Source: Octopus bimaculoides (lineage: Eukaryota). From it: a DNA stretch of 64,000 nucleotides. Below, piece after piece: positions 1 to 12,900 of the stretch (the first letter of the stretch is position 1; every line of letters starts with the position of its first letter). The stretch covers positions 73,070,915 through 73,134,914 of the forward strand of contig NC_068984.1 of assembly GCF_001194135.2 (NCBI RefSeq). The letters are read 5' to 3'. The notes beneath the pieces are model-generated. The model worked only from the letters and a program-made list of their open reading frames with translations. It did not search any database and was not told the DNA's origin. The translations under genes were made by a program, and so were the position numbers.

Positions 1-177
1 TTTATATTAATATATATATAGGCATATATGTATGTATATATTTATCAATAGACAGTGAGAAACGAATTCTAATACACACACGCACGCACATATATACACA
101 TGCATAAATTGCAGGCTTCTCTCGCAGTGCGTTTATATGCGGGTCTGCTTATAATTGTGTCTGTGTTCGCACGTGGA

Positions 178-272
178 TATGTATGTACGTATGTATGTAT
201 GTATGTATGTATGTATGTATGTATGTATGTATGTATGTATGTATGTATGTTTGTGTGTATGTTTGTATGTAT
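178..272. repeat. (TATG)n microsatellite, one example of many. Others: (ATT)n 8555-8602 and 9149-9320, (CAT)n 11776-11910, (GT)n 13380-13472, (AGT)n 15634-15698, (AGAT)n 26707-26760, 30157-30218 and 31587-31678, (GAA)n 48330-48405, (AGGT)n 59404-59453
   Basis: Directly visible tandem repeats. They account for most ORFs in the supplied track. Confidence 0.97.
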
Positions 273-510
273 ACGTTCACTTATATTAACAAACTTATGA
301 ACCAATAATTATAAATGAAATGCGTCAAGCACCTTTCCGAAATTCCTATCAATTATGATAGGTCTATGAAAACTGGAACAGGGCCAATTGTATATCTTAA
401 TCAAATTTTGTCTTTATGAATATCAACATGACATTGAAAGCTAAATATAATAATCTCTTTTCTGCTTCTTCTCCTTGTTATTATTATTGCTGTTGTTGTT
501 GTTGTTGTCT

Positions 511-749
511 GAAGGCGGCAAGCTAGCAGAATCGTTAGCACGCGGGTGAAATGTTTAGCGGTATTTCGTCTGGTGCTATGTCTTGAGTTCAAAGCCCACT
601 CGGGTCGACTTTGCCTTTCATCCTTTCGGGATCGATAAATTAAGTACTAGTAGCGTACTGGGGTCAATCTCATCGACTTCACCCTTCTCTCAAAATTTCA
701 GGCCCTTGTGGCTATAGTAGAAAGGATTATTATTATTATTATTATTATT
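511..749 (+). mobile_element. SINE family A (~220 bp, (ATT)n tail), full-length copy
   Basis: Head GAAGGCGGCAAGCTAGCAGAATCGTTAGC with a B-box-like GAGTTCAAAGCC, central GTCGACTTTGCCTTTCATCCTTTCGGGATCGATAAATTAAGTAC, tail TAGTAGAAAGG(ATT)n. More than 10 related copies occur in this window. The central segment resembles, from memory, the Meta-type conserved SINE domain. Confidence 0.85.
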
Positions 750-1292
750 GAGTGAGAGAGCAGTGCATGCCATCAAAGTGACACTGGGGTAAAATATACA
801 AAGCCCAATATACCCATCATGACTACCCGTCTGATAAGGGTACACCAGTCACATGCATCACAACCATATGTGCGCGACATGGTGATCTCATATCAAGATA
901 AACAGCGCATGACCTCGCAGGTGGGGCCAAGTTAGAATTTTCTTCAGGTCGAGTAGCCGATCCCGATCAAAATATTCCTGAATAAGGTTTGTTTAAGGAT
1001 GTTGAGCAAAACATCCATGTTTCCAAAGGTGAATTATTCAAACCCCAAAGAACGCCTCTCAACACATTGCTATGATGCTCCCCCACTACTTCTGCTCGTG
1101 ATCAGAGATGCACATATCATCAGCCACCAAGGGACATGCTCAACTGGTTAAGGTCAATCAAATGACAAGCAAATCTGTGGCATTAAGCAGAATATTTGCT
1201 GTAACCCATCTTTTATACCAAGACAAAACACTTCCAATCAATTAAGATCAGAAAACATAAGAGCCACAGCCTGGTATTGCATCCGGGCATTT
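750..1292 (-). mobile_element. Unclassified ~540-bp interspersed repeat embedded in (AAT)n
   Basis: Reverse complement aligns by eye with 18003-18502 (+), 37121-37181 (+, 5' end) and 49446-49620 (-, partial). Both ends abut (AAT)n/(ATT)n. No ORF. Confidence 0.85.
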
Positions 1293-1311
1293 ATTATTAT
1301 TATTATTATTT

Positions 1312-1349
<38 letters not shown>

Positions 1350-1804
1350 ATAGCGGCGGTGGTGGTGGTGATGGTAGTAGTAGCTGCAGCAACATTGCTC
1401 CGGATANNNNNNNNNNNNNNNNNNNNNNNNNNNNNNNNNNNNNNNNNNNNNNNNNNNNNNNNNNNNNNNNNNNNNNNNNNNNNNNNNNNNNNNNNNNNNN
1501 NNNNNNNNNNNNNNNNNNNNNNNNNNNNNNNNNNNNNNNNNNNNNNNNNNNNNNNNNNNNNNNNNNNNNNNNNNNNNNNNNNNNNNNNNNNNNNNNNNNN
1601 NNNNNNNNNNNNNNNNNNNNNNNNNNNNNNNNNNNNNNNNNNNNNNNNNNNNNNNNNNNNNNNNNNNNNNNNNNNNNNNNNTATATATATTTGTATACAA
1701 ATTCTGCACATTATCTGAAACATAAAAAAGTAAATATATCTAATGTCATAATTTTTTGAAGAATGTAATATCTCCAGTATCGAGATCATTATGATGATAA
1801 CTCA

Positions 1805-1960
1805 ATGCAGACAGGACACGTTGTTCGAATGCAAGTTGATCGCATTTCGAAAATTCTTTTGTACGGCCAACGCTTTATTTCACGTTAATCTGTGATGTAC
1901 AGGCAACGTCGATTAAATAGAAGAAGGAAACTAAATACATTGCCGATGACACATACTTAC
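1805..1960 (+). mobile_element. RTE-clade LINE 3' ORF relic
   Basis: Frame starting at 1814 reads GHVVRMQVDRISKILLYGQ, matching the RTE/BovB C-terminal motif GHVxRMxDxRIPKxLLYGxL. Confidence 0.65.
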
Positions 1961-2279
1961 TGTGTGTGTTTTGTACATACGCCTATCAGCTGCGGTATAG
2001 CGTCGTAGTAACGTGCCATCTCGACGCCGAGTGTTGAAAAACAATGAATGATTCTGATCAGGCGATACTTCTCGCCCCGAAGGAGAACCAAAACAGTGAT
2101 GATATTGATATTTCGCTATCATTATGGCTCATCGGCGCCGTATACCAGGTCACCTAGAAATGAATCGTATCGCTTGTCAGAGACATATATACAAATAGTT
2201 TTAGGCTATCTGCTGGCGTGATATAAAGTGGTACATGTGAAACAAAGTTAAATTTTGAACTAAAAGGTAGGTCTAATAA

Positions 2280-2925
2280 TTGCTCGTTTACAGTCTGTTG
2301 TGTCGCTAAATTTTCTACTGAGAACATATTTTTTCGTGGTTAGATGATTCGGCATCTATTTCTAGCATTTTGGAATCCACATTTGCTGGTCATTCCTCTT
2401 ATTTTTGTATGTAATATAATTTTAATCTTCGGATTTTTTTAATATGCTAGACCACTGGTTTTAATTGATTAATATCAATTTCTACCCTCATTAATAAAAT
2501 TTTAAATAAATAATATATGTTCTCTAACCGGTAAAATTAGCTGCAGAAATTCATTAACTGCAAAATTATTTCCGGACTTAGCGCGCCAGATTTGAAGACA
2601 TTTGAAGGGATACACTGAATGTAATACGCAGAACTCTACACGTGTTCACTTACGGGTGGATGGCTTGTGTCTAGTTCTGTGTGTTGCATCTCAAAGAGAC
2701 AGACGTACGCTGACGATCCTGCAGACATTTACTTATGTAAATTTTAACAGGTGAAACCATGGTACGTAGGTTAATCGTTTGTTAATTTAGTATTTTTTCA
2801 TTTGTCTTGCTCGTTTACAGTCTGTTGTGTCGCTAAATTTTCTACTGAGAACATATTTTTTCGTGGTTAGATGATTCGGCATCTATTTCTAGCATTTAGG
2901 AATCCACATTTGCTGGTCATTCCTC
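2280..2925 (+). repeat. 119-bp direct duplication (2280-2398 and 2807-2925)
   Basis: Copies differ at about 1 position; the second ends exactly at an N-gap. Confidence 0.9.
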
Positions 2926-3024
2926 NNNNNNNNNNNNNNNNNNNNNNNNNNNNNNNNNNNNNNNNNNNNNNNNNNNNNNNNNNNNNNNNNNNNNNNNNNN
3001 NNNNNNNNNNNNNNNNNNNNNNNN

Positions 3025-3060
<36 letters not shown>

Positions 3061-4229
3061 GCATAAACATACACAGTCACACATACATATACACAGTTAT
3101 TTAGTAACGTAGCATGAATAGTGTTTGTGGTTTGTTCAATGGTGTTACGTCTTATATTGAAGGTATTGATTAGATAAAAATGTTTCCTTTCCTGTAGGGC
3201 ACTATCACTTAATAATCGCCGTTTTTCTATTCATTACCAAGGAAACGAACTGAAAATTTCCCGTCATAAAACAGGCAAGTTCTCACATCCAAATGTAATA
3301 TAATAAAGGATTGTTATCGAACTAATAATGATATTATATATCTCACAGCAGTTTTCAGTCGTGTATATCACGTCAAATATTTGCTTTAAACTCTTGCCTG
3401 CAATTTACATAGATTTGCTTGCACGTGTGCATCCAAATGTCAACTAGTATATCATTAGAATGAACTCAGTTTCGATTGATATTTTACACAAAATTATTGA
3501 TTTTGTAGATTACTATGTACTTATTCGTTTACACTTATGAATCCATATACATAAAGTATAAATAAGTAATTAAATAGGCGCATTCATTTGTTTGGAATCA
3601 GACACAAGTTGATCACTGTAGTAGTATATGTTTAAATTTTTAACTTTTTAAGCATCTCTATCCTAATACTCCTTCCATCCTCAGCCTTCCAATATATGTA
3701 CATTATATGCATGTGTGTGTGTGTGTTTGCGTGTGTGTGTGCGTTTGTGAATATATAAATGTATATAGTTATATATAAGCACAAACGTATAAATACGCCT
3801 GATGGCTGCAGCCTGATTGCAAGCAATGCTATCAATTGATTGCGCGTCTAAACACGAGCAGCACACATTTAATGTTTTTATTCTTTTTCACAGACGTGGC
3901 ATCGAAGGGCACATCTGCACGAAATGTTCACAGAGCTTACAACTAACTGTAACACATGCCTTCATTCTGTCATATAATCTTACATTGAGCTTTTTGCTAC
4001 TTACAGATAAGTTTGCACGTAGTGTGCAAAATAGAGTGTGCTAGATATGGTAATTATCATGAGATATTTGTGAACGAAGCATTTTAAAGTTAAGAAAGGC
4101 CTTGAACTAAGCCAAAACCATCCTTTGAATGACGTACACATTTGTCGAAAAAGAACTCGTTACATCATTGGATATAAATGAAGTCGCAATGTTATATCAG
4201 TGATTTTCTTTTTGAGAGATGTCCAAAGA

Positions 4230-4470
4230 AAGCCTAGGAGTCTCTCACTACTAGTCGCTGAATTGTAGTAAACTATACTGAGTTTATCTGCGCTTTGTCA
4301 GGCTATAGTATTCATCCTCCAAATTGCTGAACGAAAATTACCCTCCTGGACAAGACCACTCCCTCGTTGCTGACGATTCCCAGGACCATTATAGTTGCTA
4401 GAAACTTAGTATGTATGACCGTTTGAATTTCATTCGGGTCTCTGTATAACTACATTTTGTTCCTTTGGCT
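4230..4470 (-). mobile_element. Degenerate Tc1/mariner (DD37D/maT-like) transposase fragment
   Basis: Minus strand 4413-4360 reads HTKFLATIMVLGIVSNEG, resembling the TKFPASVMVLGVVSNEG motif of that group. Flanks are not open. Confidence 0.55.
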
Positions 4471-4930
4471 TACCTGTTGGCTTACCTGTTGACATTTTCT
4501 CATAGGAAAAAAAAAACTAAAGCATTTCAGCCTCTTGGTGTTTTAACTTATTTAGTAAGTGTTTTGCATACAATTTGTACCAGATGTCTCTATGCACAGT
4601 TCTTCTTAGAATACATTCTGGAACCTTGAATTCTTTGCAATGTCTACATGTCTACTTATCAATTATTTCTTCAACTTTTAGTACAGCGTCATGTGTACAA
4701 CATGCTGGTATTAGAATCCTATGCAAGTGTTTTCAGTTTATCCGAAAATTAGGGTAAAAAAAAGTTAGAAGAAAGCTACACCACTTGAAAGAGTTGTCCT
4801 CAAAAACCTTATGCTCTCTCTGTGTGTGTGTATGTATATATATATGCATGTGTGTGTGTGTGTGTGTGCGTGTGTCTGTGTCTGTGTCTCTGTGCGTGCG
4901 TGTGTGGGTATGTGTGTGTGCGTGCGTGCG

Positions 4931-4969
<39 letters not shown>

Positions 4970-5826
4970 GCGCGCGCCGCGCATGGATATATATAACAGA
5001 ATAAATGTGTTGCAGTAACTTGTCAAATTGATTGCTGCATTAAAAAAAAAAAAACAATGAACTGTCGCATTTAGCAATTCACGAGAAGTTTAACTACTCT
5101 CAAGTGATGAAGACTTAATACTCCGACGCAGGATCAAAACAACATCAAAAACTTTAGTTCATTCTGAACACGCAGGTCTCTTTTAGTACATTACGTAAAC
5201 AGAAGTCTGTTTATCGGGTGTATTAAAAGTTCCAAAACTTTATACAAGCTCATATTGACAGGTTTGTATTCCTGTAATATGCAGGAACTGATATTCATAA
5301 TCGGATATTAAGTAAATTTTTTAAAAATCGACCGCTTTGCATTACGAATGTCTGTGAGTGTGGTTGTTTTTCTCATAATGTGTGTGTAAGTGATCACTTT
5401 CAGGATTTCATCTCACATCATCATTCTTTTTCTTGAATCTTCAATATTTCTATATTTGAAAATCCTTCACTCAGTGAGCAACGGGCATTCAGTTGATCAA
5501 GTCGCCTGCTGATGCTGACTGCGACAAAAACACATTCATTTGTGAATATAAGTGGCGTCGACACATTTAAAATTAACTTTCTTATTTTAGTGTCAAAATT
5601 TAGAGAAACTTCTGGAACATTTTTGTGAAGGTATGCGCACCTAGAATGTTCGACTCTCAGAAAAGTAAAAAAAAAAAAATGTCACCTTAATTGTGACTGA
5701 ACTATTTGTCACTGTGTTCCACGATTCCTGAGATCTCTCATTTTCTCACTTTCTAACTCGTTGTGACATACATTTTTTTAATTACTATTTAAATAATTTT
5801 TCGCTCTCTCTTTCTCTCTGTCTCCT

Positions 5827-5872
<46 letters not shown>

Positions 5873-7903
5873 TCTCTCTCTCCCTCTCTCACTTTCTTTC
5901 TAAAAATGACACAACGGAATTACGACGGTACTGTATCTTTAGCTACCTGCCTGTCACATAGACACGTTTGAAAAGCCCTCCAAAACTTATCATATAATTC
6001 TGTGTAACCATCGCATTAAATAATTCACTTTGTTGAGTCAAAATCGAAAATGAAAGCCGCTTGCATTTTACACAAAACATACCGACACAGCCTTTTGAAA
6101 AGATCTTCAAATTTCGCAGTTTAAAAAGCAGAGGAATAAAATTTTTAAAAATATGCTGATATCGTAAAACGAATCTCTAGTTTCAGCACTTTCTGTTTTG
6201 TCTTTGTTTGGCTTGAAAAAAATGTTCAATCTGCTTTTGTAAAAGTGCATGGCGATATGAATGTGTGCGTATGATCTTCTCATGTGTGTGAATATGAATA
6301 TGTTTGTGTGAACGTTCTTCATATTGTATGTGTCAATATGAATGCATTTTACATAACGTGTATTTGTATATGAGACACAGTTTGTCTTGCTGCATCGACA
6401 GCGTTACATTTTTTAACTCTTGTTTCAGCTAATGTCTGTTCTTGTTGAGTGTTAGACACGAACAGATACTATCTTTTTTTCCGTCAAAAGCCTCATTGTT
6501 ACGAATGTGCATGACTTTGTACATATTTCCATCTTAGTTAAATTTTAGGTGACATTATAAAAAGTTGTTCCTATCAACCTTCTGGCACGCGAACTTCCAA
6601 GAAATATGATGTGTTATTTAACCGGATAAGGTACCGTACAGAAACAGTAATTTCGCAGAATTAAGTACAAGTCTATATCGCATTCGAACTGTGTTATCTC
6701 AGGGTCTTAAGATGTTTTGGCTATGGAAATAATGTCACTGAACGCACACACATACACTAATTCTCCCTACACACATATATGCATATGCACAAAGATGTAT
6801 GTACATAAATGTGCGTGTTTCAAAAATTACAATTTCCTTCTTAATTATAAAGAATCTTTTATATAAAACGAATCTCTGACAATTTTTGAAGTATTATTCA
6901 CGTATCATGCTCTAAACAGAATATGAACGGCAGCGTTCATTACCATTTGCACGTTACCGAGATAGTTGGTGACAAGAAAGGTTCTTTCTGTCTTCGGTTC
7001 AAATTTATGGTTCGGACCTAAGCAATAGCATTAACTCTGTTACATGTATCCAAGGAACAGAAAGTCATGTTAAAAAAGGTGAAGTATTCAATCTTCACAG
7101 TAGCAAAGACATATCCCTACTATCGTTCATTGGTACTGTTTCCATTTAAACAATTTCGTTATGAAGCTCTAGATATTTCGAAGCAACGTTACGGGTCTCG
7201 AACTGAGAATTATCTGAGAATTATGTCGATGTTGTCATTAAGAAATTGTTTTCAATACGAGTATTCTTTTTACTACTGCTTTTCGTTCAGCCCACTTTCA
7301 GTAGCAAATATTTCACAGTTATAATCAAATATCAATTATCATACAGAAAAATACAGTAAGAAGCGAAAAAGGATACCATTGGGATGGTCAGTAGGGAACT
7401 TTATAAATAAGAAAAAAGCTGTAGCAAAAACAAATTTATATTGTGATTCGGTATTGTAAATGTAATATGATGTTAGACGACAAACTATTTACAATGTGTA
7501 TAGTGTACTTAATTACAGAAGATGATGATATGAAGGAATTAACACAAGAAGAGCACGGAAAGTATTGACAGGCAGTCAAATGTGCCTAAGTTAGTATTAT
7601 TGCAGCTTCTAACGGAACGAATGAACAGAGCATAGATTGCAGGAAATAAATTATACCATCATTATATTGTTAGGGAGTAGAACGAATCCTATCCCAAACC
7701 ACTGATCTTTTCACCACATGCATTTGCCCTCTGTGCTTTCTTACAAAGAGAGGATATTACACTTCCTCTCATTTATCATGAATCCAATTATCAAAATGTA
7801 TACAGATGCATGTATTAGTACAGAAGAATCCCATCGGTGAATCAACATCATCAACTGTAACTCTGACATGAGTTATGCTGTTGTAGATTGCGTGCATCAT
7901 CAA

Positions 7904-7942
<39 letters not shown>

Positions 7943-8104
7943 CGTGCGTGTGTGTGTGTGTGTGTGTGTGTGCGTACGCGTGCACCTTTGCACGCACACA
8001 TTAAGCGACGCTGATTTTCCTGTTGGAACTTGAAAATCGTTATTGGAAAACCTTTCCGCCAGTGGTGTGTTATTCTCTTTATCTTAATGCTAAGTTCGGG
8101 TGCA

Positions 8105-8230
8105 CGAACTAGCAGATAGGATGTTGGGCTCATGAACCACCTAAAGTCATGGGTTCGGTTTCTAGATCGGGAAGCGAATAGTCCCAATGTGTATGGCTCT
8201 TCATTTCATATTGCATTGAATCTAAAAGAG
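8105..8230 (+). mobile_element. Old tRNA-type SINE relic
   Basis: B-box-like GGGTTCGGTTTC followed by a degraded core-like segment (cttcatttcatattgc), compare 54935-55200. Confidence 0.35.
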
Positions 8231-8454
8231 GAAGATCGGTAGTAGCCTAGCATTGGTAGAGATTTTCACCACCCCACACCGCATCTGTCACACCATCATA
8301 ATCAACAGCTGAAATGGGTGTGGCTTTTAGTTCCATCTACATAGGCACTTAAAACAATGAGTGAATGCATGGTGTATATGCATATATACATACAAGTATA
8401 ACTACATACATACATACATACATGCATACATACATACATACATACATACATACA

Positions 8455-8486
<32 letters not shown>

Positions 8487-8553
8487 AGCCTGCGAAGGCC
8501 ACGAGCTGAAACTGAAGTGGCTGTTAACATTTTACTCGTACGAGCTATTTTAC

Positions 8554-8603
<50 letters not shown>

Positions 8604-9148
8604 GTTCAGTAGTTTNNNNNNNNNNNNNNNNNNNNNNNNNNNNNNNNNNNNNNNNNNNNNNNNNNNNNNNNNNNNNNNNNNNNNNNNNNNNNNNNNNNNN
8701 NNNNNNNNNNNNNNNNNNNNNNNNNNNNNNNNNNNNNNNNNNNNNNNNNNNNNNNNNNNNNNNNNNNNNNNNNNNNNNNNNNNNNNNNNNNNNNNNNNNN
8801 NNNNNNNNNNNNNNNNNNNNNNNNNNNNNNNNNNNNNNNNNNNNNNNNNNNNNNNNNNNNNNNNNNNNNNNNNNNNNNNNNNNNNNNNNNNNNNNNNNNN
8901 NNNNNNNNNNNNNNNNNNNNNNNNNNNNNNNNNNNNNNNNNNNNNNNNNNNNNNNNNNNNNNNNNNNNNNNNNNNNNNNNNNNNNNNNNNNNNNNNNNNN
9001 NNNNNNNNNNNNNNNNNNNNNNNNNNNNNNNNNNNNNNNNNNNNNNNNNNNNNNNNNNNNNNNNNNNNNNNNNNNNNNNNNNNNNNNNNNNNNNNNNNNN
9101 NNNNNNNNNNNNNNNNNNNNNNNNNNNNNNNNNNNNNNNNNNNNNNNN

Positions 9149-9246
<98 letters not shown>

Positions 9247-9254
9247 CATTATTA

Positions 9255-9306
<52 letters not shown>

Positions 9307-9320
9307 CATTATTATTATTA

Positions 9321-9615
9321 TATGATTAAAACTCACAGCTTATTCTGCTGGTTAAGATGGAAAGTGTCAGCTGTCCACAGCCATCAGACTAAGGGGACAC
9401 TTGTTTACTAGTCAAGCTTCAAGAACCCTGCGAAGAATTCTTGCAGTTCCAAGCAACTCTTGTTTTTGTAGGTGTTCTACCTTCACACTGGCACCGATCT
9501 GTTTTAGCCGTGTTGATAGTTGAGTACTGATACTTCCAAGTGCACCAATTACTATTGGTGTCACGTATACTCTCCTTATTGACCACAACCTTCGTATTTT
9601 TCACTTCAAATCGTC
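9321..9615 (-). mobile_element. R4/Dong-clade non-LTR retrotransposon 3' end (RLE C-terminus plus 3' UTR)
   Basis: Minus strand reads DLK*KIRRLWSIRRVYVTPIVIGALGSIS...VEHLQKQELLGTARILRRVLEA* (stop 9412-9414), then a ~90-nt UTR running into (AAT)n. Confidence 0.85.
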
Positions 9616-10930
9616 ATAGTTGTTTATTTTTATTTCTTCTTTCACACTGATTCTACTGTCACAGGGCCATGTTATGTCGACTGGCATCTATGCCAAGAAG
9701 GCTTTTTGTGGAAATATTGTCATTTTCTTATCTTTTTACCACATTGAATCGTTGAGATTTTCGCGGATGCAAAGTGCAGATGGTTGAGATCTGTAATATT
9801 AACATCATTAGCTGAAATTATATCCTTAAATGCAAGTCGGGTTTTACCAATTATTTTCAGGTTTTGGTTAGAAATGCGAATTTTTTGGGAGAGTGTCGCG
9901 TTCATTCATACTGGTTTCTTTAATTTTCAGCCATTCAATCATGATTTGATTTTTTTAGATCATGTAGTTTTGTTGGTTCAATATGTGTGTCACTTTCTTT
10001 ATCTATTTGATTTTCCTCTGCCTTGGTGTTTATGGTTGGTTCAGAGAGTATTTCATTTTGCATATCAGTTACTTTAACTTTTTCAATCATTACTGTATTT
10101 TCATCAGCCCCGGACTGGTCTATAATTATTTCGTCTTGTAGTATCTTCTTTAGCTGCAGCTTCGTTCCTTTCATCCCTTACTGCTTGTTTAGTTTGGTCA
10201 ATCTCTACTCTAATTAGTAATTTCTTTTTCATAATGTTTCTTCTTACGTTGGCAAGTTTGTTACTGTCTATGTATGGTCATACTTCGTGTTTCTGTCTCT
10301 AATTTAAGTAGATTTGTACAGTATTAGATTTACTTGTACATCATTAGATTTATATGGTATGGTGGAATGCCGTGCGAACTTCTCCATTATCTTCCCTAGA
10401 CCATTTTTCATTCTTTTTCTTTGGGTTATTTGATGACGAGCATGGATGGCCATCTGTTGGAATATTCCGATTGTGGAGTACTCCCAGCTCCTGAGTTTCA
10501 GGAAGATTTGAATCAGTAGCTGATTTTTTAACCGAATCTGGTTCATCATTCGTCATCATTCGAGCACGTGACTCATTGTGATCCGGTCGACGACCAACCC
10601 GGTTTGTATCTTGCTTTATCAGTGAGGTATTAGAGGACGGATCTGTGTGTTTAGAGTTAATTTTTTGAGACAACACCGTCTACGAGTTCTCTGCACATAA
10701 ACACTGCTCGTAACGTAGCTTCTTTAGGCTAACAGATCTGCATCGAGTACGTGGCTCTTTGTGATCCGGTCTACGACCCATTCAGTTTGTATTTTGCATG
10801 ACGAGCTTCGACGTTGACATTAGGGGACGGATTTATCTGTTTAGGGTTAAGTTTTTGAGACAGCACCGTCACTGAGTTCTCTGCATCTAAACATTGCTCG
10901 TAACGTAGCTTCTTAAGGCTAACAGATCTC
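9616..10930 (-). mobile_element. R4/Dong-like element 5' region and ORF N-terminus, frameshifted
   Basis: Broken minus-strand ORFs include NPKKKNEKWSREDNGEV (R4/Dong N-terminal KWxREExxEV-type motif) and K/N/I-rich segments. It is contiguous with the RLE end at 9321-9615, implying an internal deletion of the RT. Confidence 0.55.
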
Positions 10931-11244
10931 TATTCATCAGTATTTTTCTTTTGTTGTTGATAGGTTTATCTCCGAGCATAGTTTTTTGTGTGGTGTTTTT
11001 AAGCTTATGAATTGTTCACTCTGTCTGTGTTAGCTTGAAAAATAAAAAAAAGTCTTTGTTTTTGCTTCGTTTGTGACACGTGTTTTCATATTCGTGAATG
11101 TGGGTCCTGTAAATTTCACGTAGTTGTGTAAATATTGAGATGTATGTGTAGTCCTATGGGTATCAAAATGTATATATGATTGTATAGACATTCAAGTGTA
11201 TGCGTAATTTCGCAATTACGCATTTATGACAGATACATTTATGT

Positions 11245-11765
11245 CGATTGGGACAATCATATCAATGAGGAGGTATGATTTTGTCTGAAGTCTTTCAGTA
11301 AAATGTCTGGCCTATTCGCATCTGTCTTCCTGTCTTACAGTATCTTGTATTTCTTACTTTCTAATAATTTACTAGGTTCATGTTATTACCATTTACTAGT
11401 ATATTCAAATCCTAGCTTTCTACATAACTCCGTGTGGATTGTTCTCCTTAGATTGTCATGTTTTTTCTTGTATTCTTTCTGTGCCAGCATGCTACATTCA
11501 CTTACTATATGAGTAACGCTTTCCTCTTTTGATTTGCATAATCTACATTTTGGGAATCAACTTCGCTTTTGTCTATCTTGGCTTTTATCCAATTAGCCCT
11601 TAGTGCTTGATCTTGTGTAGTTGCTAACGAACTTTCTATCTCGCTTTTCAGCTTTCCTTTCTGCAACCATAATCATATCTCACTACTACTATTTGCTGCA
11701 ATTATCTTTGAGAATCTGACATGCAACGCCTTCTCTTGCGAGTCAGATAATTTCTGTTACTTTTT
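11245..11765 (-). mobile_element. R4/Dong fragment: CCHC zinc knuckle and start of RLE
   Basis: Minus strand reads CRLCKSKEESVTHIVSECSMLAQKEYKKKHDNL...ANRPDILLKD. Bounded by (CAT)n at 11776. Confidence 0.85.
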
Positions 11766-11797
11766 TCAGTTTAATCATCATCATCATAATCATCATC

Positions 11798-11829
<32 letters not shown>

Positions 11830-11839
11830 CATCATAACC

Positions 11840-11900
<61 letters not shown>

Positions 11901-12619
11901 CCATCATCATTATATTATTAATGCGGTTGTTGTTATCAATTATCAATTCTCGTCACTCAGACCATAGCGTTGAGCTTTATATAATTCTTTTGGAGAAGAC
12001 TACCGAAGCAGGTTTTCATGAGTAGGTTAAAATCCCTCTAGATTAAACCGACGTTTTAAATAAAAACTTTGCGTGCAAGACAACTGATATTGCCCTAAAT
12101 AACCCAGTTCTGTGGGAAATAAGGTCTACATTTTCCAGTTTCCCAGTATCATTTTTAAAGTGGTTGGATGATGTTTTGCAGCAACAAGAACCTTAGCAGC
12201 AACAATATCCCAGTAGTCATCTTTCAATCAATCTACAAAATGACTAATACTGTGAGCGAATTGTTATTAGAAAGTTTAGACAACAATGATAGATGCTGAA
12301 AACCATCTTATATAAAATATATTACTGTCAGCTCTTTAATGCATAATAAAGATCAGGGAAGCAAATAAAATCATGAAATCTATCAATAAAAGTAAGAAAA
12401 GAAATATCAACATAGACCATATATATTCATATTTTATATCGTAATGACATTGAGAAATATGTCATATTCTTTTCATATTTGCGTGTGGAAAAACAATGCT
12501 CAGAATGTTATTAATCACTCAACGTATATTCTTGTATTGGTTAGAATGGATGAATTGAATTAGAATACATAGAAGAGCTGGTGCAATGCTAGAGAAATGT
12601 CATAATTGATGACATGAAT

Positions 12620-12900
12620 GCAGTAAGATACGTATATACTGCAGTAAATTCTTGAGCAGGTCAAAAAGACTGCTGGTAACAAAAATAAATTGAGAGAATG
12701 GATGTATACTAAAGAACAACATACTCGAGAAGCCAAAGACTGATTGTCTATGAAATACCCTACTGGACATGCTAGAAATAAAAGCCAAAATGCTTCTAAA
12801 ATCATACTTAGCCATCTTAAAGAAAGGATCCAACATCAATAGGTGTACCTAAAAACGAATGGTCATACTTGGAAATTTCCCTCTAGTTCATTACCTTGGT
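12620..12900 (+). mobile_element. Possible highly degraded RTE 3' fragment
   Basis: Short translated patches (LLDMLEIKAK...YLAILKK; MVILG) weakly resemble an RTE C-terminus. Multiple stops. Confidence 0.25.

Noticed and set aside
2280-2925. 119-bp duplication as a biological tandem repeat or Helitron 3' end (hairpin TAGATG-ATTCGG-CATCTA then CTAG)
   Set aside because: The second copy ends exactly at a gap, typical of scaffolding overlap. The hairpin-to-CTAG spacing is too short and the following base is not T.
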